In this document: positions 1 through 11,314 of the stretch, in pieces
Layout of the letters: the number at the start of each line of letters is the position of its first letter
Position numbering within the stretch: the first letter of the stretch is position 1
Assembly (NCBI GenBank): GCA_051453625.1
Contig: JBOZIK010000001.1
Coordinates: forward strand, 49,704,239 to 49,724,238
DNA: 20,000 nucleotides
Reading direction: 5' to 3'
From: Welwitschia mirabilis
Taxonomy: Eukaryota
Notes under the pieces: generated by a model
What the model was told of the DNA's origin: nothing
Databases searched by the model: none
The model's input: the letters and a program-made list of their open reading frames with translations, nothing else
Made by a program: the position numbers and the translations under genes

Positions 1-829
1 TGAGACATGCAAGGAGATTAGTTGGTCATTTTAATGAAGCCTAAAACTTTGATAAAAATAAGTTATTAAATGTTAAAAGTTTTCATTATTTTAGAGCTAT
101 AATACTACACTAAGAGGTGTTTTTATACTTTTTAAGAGATAAGAGCATTAGAGGATTGATGAGTTTAAATTAGGGATTTTGAGCCATTTTAAGATGAATT
201 AAAATGCTCATGAGTTAAAGATCAAGATCAGAGTTGGATGTGTAGAGGATGAAGAATTACTTCAACATCTTTGCACTAGAGCTAACTCATAGTCCCTTTT
301 CCATTACCATATTTCATCCACTTATTGATGTGATTATTCTAACTCATTCTAATATTAGATGCATGACATCAGATCATATCAAAGCTTATCAAGACATCAA
401 AAGATTGGAAATATGGATTTTATAAACCATAACTTCACCATTTCTAGTTATTTAACAATCAATTTTAATATTTATTGTAATATTGGTCGTATGTGATGTA
501 AAAAAAGTTAATTTGTACTTTGGAAGTTTTGTTATTATGGTAATTACCTATGGTATTTCAATACTTCTTTCTAGGGTATTTTAGTATTACAATGTCACAT
601 ATAATTTATTACATTGTGAGCATAAAATACATTTGGAAATTTGGAAGTTTTAGCACCTACCTCACCTAAAAATGATCTTAGTATATCTATATACATCCCT
701 CTTTACTACCATATTAGATATATATTCTANNNNNNNNNNNNNNNNNNNNNNNNNNNNNNNNNNNNNNNNNNNNNNNNNNNNNNNNNNNNNNNNNNNNNNN
801 NNNNNNNNNNNNNNNNNNNNNNNNNNNNN

Positions 830-847
830 TCTCTCTCTCTCTCTCTC
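830..847. repeat. (TC)n microsatellite at gap edge
   Basis: About 9 TC units start immediately after the 100-N gap; true length unknown. Confidence 0.85.
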
Positions 848-1938
848 ATTTCTTCTCTCCTAAGTTGATGCTCTCTCTTTATCAACTGTAAAAGGCTTTT
901 CCATTCTTTCTTCTCATTTATTATTATGTCATGTGTTTATTTTTATCTTTTTACATCCTCTTATAATAAGTTTTCATCTCTATTTCTAACATTTTCATCT
1001 AGCTAAAGGCCCTTGCAAGGTGGTGAAGTACACATAATTAGTTAGTATAGAAGAAGGCAAAGTCATCAAATTTTATAAGAATTTTGATTAAAAATGAATG
1101 GAAAGAGCTATGATTTCATCTAAAACCAATAAATGTTCTTTTCCTTACATTTTTATATTTATGTTTACATGATTTGGTCATTTTTGTCATGCGTTTCTTT
1201 TCATTTGATTATATTTTTATATCATATTACATATTTAGTATTAATAAGAGTGTTATGAATTTAATACTTATTACACATTCTCTGATATTACATATTTGGT
1301 GACTTTACGATAAAGGAAGCATGTGTTTTAACCCTCTTCTTTATTCATTTCTCCTTTCTTTTCCTTCTTCTAATACCATTCTCTCATGTTTTCACCCTTT
1401 CTTCTAAGACATTAAATGATGAATTATTATTCTTTTCTTTATAATAGCATAAATTTGGCATGTGTATTTGTGATATACTTACATCTGAATTTTAAATATT
1501 TGTTTTTACATTATATTCTCTCTCTCTTTTTCCCTTTTCCTATTAAAGTAAAAACTAGTGAATTTTATTATGCTTGTTTTAACCATAGATTTTGTTCTTT
1601 TTTTTTTTTTTTTTTTGGTAACTCCAAGTGATCTAAAAATTTGTCAATAGATTCCTAAACTTTTTGGCATATTTAGTTAAAAATAAAATTAAGGCTCTAA
1701 AATTACATTATTTAGCTATTTATAGTTGATTCATAGTTTTACCTAGAATTTTTCTGAATCTATGAAATTATACTTTTTCTTTTATTTCATGATAAAATTT
1801 TTTATCATTATTTCTATTTTTAAAAAAAATTAATATCTAATATTCTAGTAGAGTTTTGAGTAATTTTATAACATGAAATCTATTTTTTCTTAAGTTTGAT
1901 AGTTTTCTTAATATTCTTAGTTAAAGTACAACTAACTG

Positions 1939-2247
1939 TGTTGCGGTGTGTATTTGTATAAGTTTTTACATTCAAAGAGATCTTGTCATTTATAACCAAA
2001 ATAGATATCTTACATAATACAATACACTAAAATGAGTGGGAGTAGACCCGAGATGTCATTTCTCATTAAAGTCTATAAGTATGAGACTTAGGTTGCTTTG
2101 CAAATGAAACTAGGAACCAAAAATAAATAATAATGCAAGAAATAAAAGTACAATGCAAAATGTAATATGAAATCTAAACTAACATGAAATGCAAAAATAA
2201 CCCTAACTCTACTTACTTTCAACCTTAACAAAGGTTGCTCTTGATGA
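1939..2247 (-). repeat. 3' LTR (visible part) of element 1939-4031
   Basis: Colinear with 2966-~3270 (shared e.g. TCATTTATAACCAAAATAGATATCTTACATAATAC, ATGAGTGGGAGTAGACC, CCTTAACAAAGG). I count 7 mismatches in the first 80 aligned nt, with more divergence further along. It runs into the gap at 2248. Confidence 0.85.
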
Positions 2248-2944
2248 NNNNNNNNNNNNNNNNNNNNNNNNNNNNNNNNNNNNNNNNNNNNNNNNNNNNN
2301 NNNNNNNNNNNNNNNNNNNNNNNNNNNNNNNNNNNNNNNNNNNNNNNAGAAGGAGGTTTGAGTGCATCTATAGATTGGTTTTCCGATTCGTTTTCTATAT
2401 CCACTAGTCCTTCTTTAATATTCTTTTCTATTAGTAGCCTTTCTCTTTGATATTTCTTCTCAAGATTGACCATATTACAACATCTTGCAAACAACAAATG
2501 ATAGAAAATAAGATAAAAAATAATAGACTTTTATCTTGTCTGTCATGGGACGATAGAAGGGACAACACACACAGAAATTAGAAAAAATAGAAATAGAACT
2601 GAAACTGAAACAAAAATAAGGAAACACAGAAAACAGAATTGTCATTCACCTAGTCATTTGGACATCACAGGAGATGACAAAAAACTAATTTATTGTAGAA
2701 AAATCAAAATCCAAAAATAAAACTAAAAGTAAAAATGGCACACTATCATCCTGACTGTCGTGGAAACGACAGAGGGGATGACTAGAAATTTTTATAAAAA
2801 TCTAAAAGCTAAAAACTAAAACTAAAATACTACACACAGCAAACCTACAGCTCCTAATAAAATACAATGTTGCATAGAAAAATAATCGAACAGAGGTCCA
2901 TATACTCACTGAACGATGACAACCCTTATATTCCTCGATATCCT

Positions 2945-2962
2945 TCCCCGACAATGATGTCA
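2945..2962 (-). promoter_or_regulatory. Degenerate primer-binding site (tRNA-Asp type, Athila lineage)
   Basis: Minus strand reads TGACATCATTGTCGGGGA vs the Athila PBS TGGCGCCGTTGCCGGGGA: 13/18 match and all 5 differences are transitions. Confidence 0.8.
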
Positions 2963-2965
2963 ATC

Positions 2966-4031
2966 TATTGCGGTGTGTATTTGTGCAAGTCTTTACAATC
3001 AAAGAGCTCCTATCATTTATAACCAAAATAGATATCTTACATAATACATCACTATAGTATGAGTGGGAGTAGACCTAAAATGTCGTATTCACATTGAAGT
3101 CTATGAGATGAGACTTAGGTTACTTTGCAAAATAATACTAGGAACCTTAAATAAATAATAATGTAGGAAATAAAATATAATGCAAGATGCAGGATGCAAT
3201 CTAAATTAACATGTAATGCAAAAGTAATCCTAATAGCACTTGCTTTTAGCCTTAACAAAGGCTTCCCTTAATAATCTATGTCACCCAAGAAATTGTTGCC
3301 AAGTCAAGGACAACATAGACTATAGGAGTCATAAGAAAATATATAATGCAAATATGAAAAAATAAAACTAGGTTTTTGTATTAAAAAGTAACAAGCAACT
3401 GGGTTACAAAACAGCTGGGTCTTAGTAAAGGATACATAGCCCTTTATCAAGTGCATGTCTTTCTACAATGTTCAAGATGGATCTTCTGCCCTTCAATCTC
3501 CTATCACGAGAATGTTTGGTGCAATAAAGATGAGAAGAAGATTCAAGGGAGGTCTTACTTATAAGAAATATAGCAAAAAAGGACGAACGATAGGTGCAGT
3601 TAATCACACTCATAAATGACTTAAAAATAGATGAAATAGGAAATCTATCAGAGTTGGTTACATGTCAATGTCGTTTGGGATGTCATCTGGATAATAATGG
3701 AGATGACAGTACATTATAAAATATTCTCAAAAATGATGATTCATTAGTCCATATTAGCAGTTGTTGCCTATTGTTGAAACAATGGAGGGGATGACGGTCT
3801 TCTTTGATTCTTTTCTTGATGAGAAACTTACCATTTTTGTCATGAATCCTTATTTAAAGCTTTGTACATCAGAAAGTGCCTTTAATACATTAAATTTGGA
3901 TAAGAATTGCAGTATTTTAAGATTTCCTCTTATATCTCTAAAATCCTGATAATTTCACTTAAACCTATATAAAAGTCCTACAAAACAACTCATAAAAATC
4001 CATCAAATAACCATAAATTGGTAGCGCAACA
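2966..4031 (-). repeat. 5' LTR (~1.07 kb) of element 1939-4031
   Basis: Left end TATTGCGG (G>A variant of TGTTGCGG) lies 3 nt from the PBS; right end CGCAACA is followed by the TSD AACTG. Confidence 0.8.
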
Positions 4032-5489
4032 AACTGTATCTCTTACTAAATTTTCTTTAGGTTTATTTCCTAATGGTTTTACTCAACCTCACTTGATATT
4101 GAATATTTAATTTTAAAAACTTATTTTTAGACATACTCTAATTTCTTTAACACTTTTTAAAAGTTTAAAATCTATCTTCTTAAGTCTCTTTCTTTGTTTT
4201 TTACTTTTCTCTCTTTTTTTAGTTAAAATATCATGAAATGAACTAAGTTTGACTATAATAGAATAAACATCTACATATTGGTTTTTGATAAATTATTGGT
4301 TTATTTATAATCTTAAGTTATATGTTACATCACATTTGTAACTTATTTAAAACCTAGCTAAGAGTTATTTTTCAAGTTAAATGCATTAAAATTTATTGAA
4401 AATATTGTTAAGATCAAATGGCTTACTATGTCAACTTTAAGAATCTTGTTTTCAAAGTTATATCTTTTGATTCTAAGTTGACATATAACTAGTATAAAAT
4501 ACAATAATACTTTTGAATGAATCATCCACTTTACATTATTTCAAGTACTAAACTATTTAAGAAATATTATTTTCACATAACAAAGACTTAAGCTAGTTTT
4601 GATTGCTTTAGCTTTCTTTATCATTCATTTTAGCTATAAATAATATTTATAGAATGAGTGAATCTTTATCAAATATTATTTCTTTCTTATTCATTATAGT
4701 TTTCATTTTATATATCATAAAATTAAGATTTTTACACATGTAATTATTAAAGTTTGTTATAAATCATGTGTTGTGCTTACATGAATGCCAATTGTATTTA
4801 TTACTAATGAAGAGTTTTTTTAATCATAAAAAGTTATAGTTTGATAAGATAATATGCACTATGTTTTTTAAGATTATATACCAAGTCCTTCGATTCGATA
4901 CTTATGTACTTTTTATATGTGCAATTTAATCCAAGAGATTTATTTATTATTTATTTTAAATTATTTATGCTTTTTTCCCTTTTTGTTAAGTTAATTTATC
5001 TTGTTAACTACATACTTTGTTTTTATAAAGTTTCAAAGTGGAATCTCCTCATTTTAAAAATTGAGCTTTTCCTTTAATCACTATTAGTTTGTAACTTCTA
5101 CTTGAGCATTTATTTGTGGATGATAAGAATTGTAACTTTATAAACCACTCCACATTGTCTCACTAAATTGGTTAGTATCTTATTATAAAATGAATTTATT
5201 TATTACTAATAATAGATATAGGATTGTATTACAATGCCAAATAGACCATATTTAACATCGAGTTTGGAGTATGTTTCAGGTCTATTTGAGCAGTTTTTAA
5301 TCAATTAAAAATAAAAGTGAACTATTCATATTGCAGTGAGTAAGAGAGGGCAATTTTTTTGACATTTCTAATCCTCTATGGATGGTTTTTGAGATATGTT
5401 CCACTTATGATGCTTATAATAGAGTTTTAACATCTAGATCACGATACAATGATGGAATGTGCTAATATTGAGATGTTCTAACTATTGTT

Positions 5490-6609
5490 GTGATGTTAGA
5501 AAAGGTTCAATATGGTTAATTTGTGTGTTTTTGAAGTTTTTTTTGATGCTTTAAAATCTAATAAGTTAATCTTGGGTCAAGAGATGTATTTAATGAGAAA
5601 CATGCATCATGCAAAGAAAGTTACTATACTAAAGTTACTGTAGCGATTACTATAGCATTTACTATGATTATCATTTACCTAATTGTTCAGATGATACTCA
5701 AAGGATGAAAAATAGTATAAACAAATAGAAAAATAAATTTTTACTAATATTCATCAACTATGGTCATATAGATAACACTCAGGAAGACAATAGCCAAGCA
5801 TTACACTAGGAAAACACATGGAGGATAATCAGCCATTACAAGGAAAAATTACATGATAAGAGTATCATCCCCTATGACCGTCTAGATGACACATAGGAAG
5901 ATCGCCACTCTAACATATTTAAAACATCTCTATCCATTATAAAATTATTGATATGATTTTACCTTGTCAATTACTACTTCTTGGTGATTTAAGCCATTGA
6001 TCGAAAACTATAAATACCCCATTAGGCATTTAATTCCTCATCTTTAATTCATTAATTTTTATTATGATAATTTGCAAATCAATTAGCAAGGAATCCATCT
6101 ATTTTAAGAGAGGATCTTACGTTGGTGTTGGGTTATGTTTCCTACATTGAGGAGTAACTACTTTTAACTAGATGTAAAAACATTATTATTAATAAAAGAT
6201 ATCTTATCTTCTTCACATGTTATATAGAAATTAATTTAATTACATTTAAGTTAATTATCATTTTGATATAGTATATGAGGATCAACTTGGATAAGAATAA
6301 GTTGAGTAAACTTGGTTAGTGACTGCATTTAGAATTGCATTTCATTCCTGCATTGTTATTTCATCTCAACTTCATAATTTATTACATTTCATCCATCATT
6401 TCATTCTTCATCTTTTTTCATTCTGAGATTTAATAGAAAATCATTTTAATTTATTTTAAAATAAACAGTTTTCCATATATAATTTAAATTTCTCTCTAGA
6501 GTATGACTTTGAATTAACTCTTTATACTAGTGTGTGTTTTTTCATGAAATAGATATTAAGATTGTAAGTTATTACTAAAGAAGAAAAGTATACAATCCAT
6601 ACCTTAACA
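5490..6609 (+). mobile_element. Probable Gypsy-type LTR (solo or 3' LTR) in + orientation; left edge approximate
   Basis: Ends ...CCTTAACA at 6609, exactly where the minus-strand integrase reading stops. It has an LTR-like TATA (CTATAAATACCCC, ~6008-6020) and short TTACTRT-type repeats at ~5620-5670. No TSD found. Confidence 0.45.
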
Positions 6610-8975
6610 GATGACCACAATAAAATAAAATATGTTTTTGAAAAACCTTATAACTAATCTGACATCATTAATTTTAGTTGAGATAACTTCATATCATTTA
6701 GTGACATAATCTACATAAACCAATATGTATAAGTATCTAAAATATGAGGGAAATGACCTAATAAAACCTATATCCTAGACATCAAATGGATTAACCTTAA
6801 GAATAGGTGAAAAAGGCATCATACCTACTTTTCCAATACTACCTGTGTGTTGACATTTATTATAGGCTTTATAGTATTCATAGGAATATTTAAAATGAGT
6901 TGGCTAATAAAGTTCAAATTGAATGATTTTATCTATTTTTGGTAATGAAATGACCTCCACCCATGACATCATGTGTAAATTATAAGATATTTAAAGTCTC
7001 AGATTCTAAATGCATCTACATATGATTTGTTTAGGATAGTATTTCAAAAGATAGGGATCATTTCATAAGGTCAAAAGGTGCTTATTAAAGAATAACTAAT
7101 TTATGAGAATTGAATCTTATAAAGGTGGGAAGTGAGGCCTAATGTAAGATAGGTAATTCATAACTATCCTTGTGGGAGCGTTATCCAACTTTTTAATCTA
7201 GCCTTAGAGTCCTCCTTGTATAACAAGTAATTAAGAATGAAATGATCAATAAAAATGTATTTTTTTCATCTATAAGATATGATATAAATTTTTCTAGAAT
7301 AAAACCTATTGCTAGGATATCTATATAAATTATTTTAGGGTTTAGTTGAGAGTCTTGTAATGTTCTAATTGCATAGTGAATAATATATGGTTTTTCATCC
7401 TGCCATTAACCTAGGGCTACTACTAGAGAATAATCACTTACATCACATAATAACTCAAAAAGAATGGATGAATTAGGAGCTTGAAAGATAGGGGATGAAG
7501 TTAGCATATGTTTTAATTTTATAAATACATTATTATATTTAGGATTCCAATAGAAAAATTTTGATAATAATATTATTTAAGGTTTTGAGATTTGGTGGAA
7601 ATATTAAGTAAATATTATATATTAAATAACATATCCAAGAAAAGATCTAATATCCTTAACATTTTAACAAGGGAATGATTAATGATAAATTAAATTCTAG
7701 CAAGGTTCATTTCTATGCATTCTTAGTAATCACATCTCCTAATACTATATCTTTGGTAACCTTGAAATTATTATCCTAGTTAAGCATAAGTTTTCTCTTT
7801 ATATCATGAATGATAAGGTATTAATGATGTAGACACGAGTCAAAGANNNNNNNNNNACTTCTCAACCCTATTAGAAAAGAGACTCATCATGCATTATTAG
7901 AAGGTGGCTAGGGCATTACAAAGGCCAATGGATATTCTTTTGTAAGTGAAAGTTCCAAATGGTCATGTGAAGCTAGTTTTTTCTAGTATTTAGGGATAAT
8001 TACTACCTAGTTATATCCAAATTATCCATCTAGGAAATAATATTACTCATGACACATTAGAGTTTCTAATATTTTTCTAATAAAAAATTGAGGGAATGAT
8101 CCTTGTGCATCATAATATTTATTTTTTACAGCCAATTCACATTTTCACCCTACTTTCACTCGATTTTATTAATTCATTATTCTTATTTTCTATGATCATA
8201 ATTCTATACTTCTTATGAATAGCTTATGTAGAGATCACCCATTGAGTATTAATCATTACATAGATAATTTTAGCATCTAGTAACTTAAGGACTTATTTCA
8301 TCATTAGTTCTTTCATGTGAGGGTTAACTATGCATTGAGGGGCTCTTAGAATTATTTTCTAAGTGAATTATATACATCCATATAATGGAGTTGATTCCTT
8401 TCAAGTCCAAGATAATACAATGTATAACTTTCTTATGTTATTTTATCACAAAAAGTGAGGCTTATTTTTGGGAAGTAAGTAACTTGATGGAGATTACTGT
8501 AGGTTTAAGTTCAACATTATAGGAAAACTCTTAACTAGAAGTTTTCCTTGTGATGCACATGGTAAAGGTTCAAACTTATCTTTTCCATGATATGTCTTAG
8601 AGTTAAGGTTACTTCAAAGAGTGAGTGATGATTCTTCATAAGAATTATATAATAGATGACCTTTCAAGAAGGATAAAATTTAATGAATTCATCTTCATTT
8701 ACTTCAACTAATTCTAGGTCTTCTAATTCACTCATGGGGTTCTTTTCATTACATTTAAAACCTATAATTTTGGATTCATATTATTAAAGAATATTTTTAC
8801 TACTCCATTCATATAGTTAATTAAAGAGTTAGTAATTCTTAGAAATGGTCTTTCTAAGACAAAAGTAAATCCTCTCAGGTTTTATTCCTTCTTTAAAACT
8901 AGAAATTCAATTAAGTAGTAAAATTTGTCTACTTATGTCAAAACATTTTGTAGTATTCCTTTGATAATATTAACA
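6610..8975 (-). pseudogene. pol: Athila-type pol remnant (C-half protease ~8740-8970, RT ~7520-8410, RNase H ~7170-7510, integrase N-half ~6610-7065)
   Basis: PR: KGILQNVLT*VDKFYY, LERPFL. RT: DLKGINS, VLKLLDAKIIY, YYFLDG, PFGTFTYKRISIGLCNALATF, NVKDIRSFLG. RH: LTSSPIFQAP..FELLCDVSDY, HYAIRTLQDSQLN. INT: NDPYLLKY, GGGHF, KCQHTG, YILVYVDYVTK. The xxDD motif would fall in the gap at 7847-7856. Confidence 0.9.
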
Positions 8976-8984
8976 TTTATTGTC

Positions 8985-10456
8985 CTCTTAACAATAAACA
9001 TATATTTAAGAAATTTAGCATAAGATGGAACTTATTTGATGGCATTCAAAATTGGAATGCTTCCTTAAAGAGTTTTAGGTACTCTTCCTCAAGTTGTTTT
9101 TTTTTTTTTTTTTTTGATGGTGTAAAGCACTTAGAAAATGCAAATTTTTGAAATTCATCATATCTAAGTGTCTTTATATAATTATTTTTATTTTATTCAA
9201 ATTTGAACATAGTTTTAGGTAAGGAATTAGATGTAGAAGAATCTTTCTTAGGTAAGTAAACATGTTTGTTTATTTTGATACCAATTCTAAGTGAAATGGC
9301 ATTGACTCCCTTAACTCCTCCTTATTGTTCTAACATTTGGATACACTTTAGGTTGGTAATAGATTGGGCTAGAAAATTAACCTTATTTGTCTCATTAAGT
9401 ATGTTGAATATGTAAGTTATAGTTTGTGAAAATTGGTTAAATCCTTAGTTTAAACAATAAAGAGATTAAGATTTTTGATTAATGATTTTAGTTTTTTTTG
9501 TTGTTAGTGATCAATTGAGTCTTTATAATATATTTTGGAATGTTCTTTAGTGATCAAGTTTAAGATTGACTTATTGGTTTTAAAGTGGATGCTTCATTTT
9601 ATGAGGTCTTTCATGAAAAGCCATAGTGGTTTTTCTAATTCAAGTTGTAGTAATATCCATAAGAGAATGATGGTTTTTCATTTTTATTATTGCTTTTGTC
9701 ATCTCAAAACGGGTTCTTAACTCAAATAATGTTTACTTATTCAATCATAATATCTTTTTATTATGAAATACATGGGCACTCACTAGTTTCATGATTATTA
9801 TAAGTACATATAGCATATGTAGCTTCACCACTAATTGTTTTGGATTTAGATGTCTCAAGATTATCCAACCTCTAAATGACATGTTCTAACTTCTTAAGCA
9901 AGATTGTTTCCTCATCCATCTTATATATTCCTTGTCTTATAGATCTAAAGTCTTATTTGGTTAGTTTAGTATTTTGAGGAGGTATTTTCCAATGTTTAAT
10001 CTCTTAGCTATGTTCTTAGAAGTTTTCCATGCTTATTAAATTATTTAGATGTGAAATATCCACCACTCATTAGTTCACAATCCCCAACCCTCAAAACCAC
10101 GTTGTGGACATATCGTTACTAACTCTTTAGAGTGCTCAAAGGTTTTGTGGAAAAGATCTTTATCTTGGTCTTGAAGATTCATTCTTTTTCTTTTGATATT
10201 ATTCATTTTGTGTATTGGGAGCTAATTTTTCAAGTAATCATATATGAAATCTCTCCATGACCTAATAAAATAATGTTTAGGATGTGTAACTAAGATTTTA
10301 CATTTTATTTTAAAAGAAATTAAAAAGTTTACTTCAGCTACTTCACCTCTATCTCCTAAGGTTTAAAATAAATCTTTAAATTAAGTGTTCATAGGGATAT
10401 TTAGAGACTAAGCCATGAAATTTGAACAATAAATTGATTAGGGAGGGTTTTATTTT
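8985..10456 (-). pseudogene. gag: Athila-type gag remnant
   Basis: KIKPSLINLLFKFHGLVSKYPYEHL (~10456-10382), TFEHSKELVTICPQRGFEGW (~10144-10085; consensus WERFKELLRKCPHHG), VNAISLRIG (~9306-9280), SIPILNAIK*VPSYAKFLKYMFIVKR (~9062-8985). Confidence 0.85.
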
Positions 10457-11296
10457 AGTTTTTTTTATGTAGGAATGTAAAATACTACAAGAAGATTTAG
10501 TTAAACACTTAGGTTGTCATCATGCTTTTAAAGTTTTCCTAATTAATACTTTATAAACATTGTCTCTATCTATATCACACATGGTTATTTTAGTTAAAAG
10601 AATATAATATTTTACTAGTATAAATTACAAATTCTAAGTATTCTTGATCAAAATCAATGTCAAAATAATTAAGGAGTGGCTAGAATTCTAATTGTTCCTT
10701 ACTTTTCCTATAAAGTTGACTAGTACTAGATTTAATGTAATGATGCATGAGAAGCAATGTTGGTAGAAAGATTCTTTTGACGAACTATTAATGAAAAGTA
10801 GCAAAAATTATTAAAACATACAATTTTCAATTTGATTGATGAAGAAATTCCAAAACGTAGCGGGTTCAATAGATTGTAAAATTTTGCATTATAAAAAATA
10901 AATTAAAAACAATATTAAAAATTATGCTATTTAACACAGGAAATATAATAAAAGTTTTTAATTCCAAAATTCCCATTCGCAAAATAAAGGTTACCATTAA
11001 TAGTAATCCAAGGGATGTTCTATGAATTTTGGTACCAAAATCAAAACTATGATCTTTGCAACTAGAAATGTAAAAGCAAGGATAAATCACACCTATATAG
11101 AACTGTTCTATGTAATAAATCTAAGTTAAATGTCTATAGACCCATACTCTTATGCTCAAGAAGTTTTTAGTTCTTACAAAACATTTAAAGATTGTTTTAT
11201 TTTAATTTTGATAAAGATAGGTCTAAAAAATAGAAAGATAGAAAAACTCTCATAAAGAAAAGTGGTTACTGACAAGCTAAGGAACATCGATTACAA

Positions 11297-11314
11297 TCCT
11301 CAGTAATGATCCTA
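11297..11314 (-). promoter_or_regulatory. Highly degenerate tRNA-Asp-type PBS of the second Athila-like element
   Basis: + strand TCCTCAGTAATGATCCTA vs TCCCCGGCAACGGCGCCA: 10/18 match, 7 of 8 differences are transitions. It lies upstream of gag, as expected. Confidence 0.5.

Larger units (their letters stand above)
1939..4031 (-). mobile_element. Athila-like Ty3/Gypsy LTR retrotransposon with both outer termini and TSD; interior hidden or collapsed in the 100-N gap
   Basis: Termini TGTTGCG (1939) and CGCAACA (4031) form a 7-bp inverted repeat, and identical AACTG flanks both sides (1934-1938, 4032-4036). There are two homologous LTR copies (1939-2247 vs 2966-~3270) and a degenerate tRNA-Asp PBS beside the right-hand (5') LTR. 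Confidence 0.85.

Noticed and set aside
1..500. Coding-like degenerate sequence at window start
   Set aside because: Multiple stops in the frames I read and no motif I could identify; probably TE debris but not assignable.
5620..5670. Short ~12-nt spaced repeats (TTACTATAC/TTACTGTAGC/TTACTATAGC) as a CRISPR-like array
   Set aside because: Too short, degenerate and without spacers; eukaryotic LTR-internal minisatellite.
9097..9115. 19-nt T run (also 1598-1616) as a retrocopy poly(A) tail
   Set aside because: The first lies within the gag remnant, where it is likely slippage of Lys codons; no TSD or mRNA body was evident for either.
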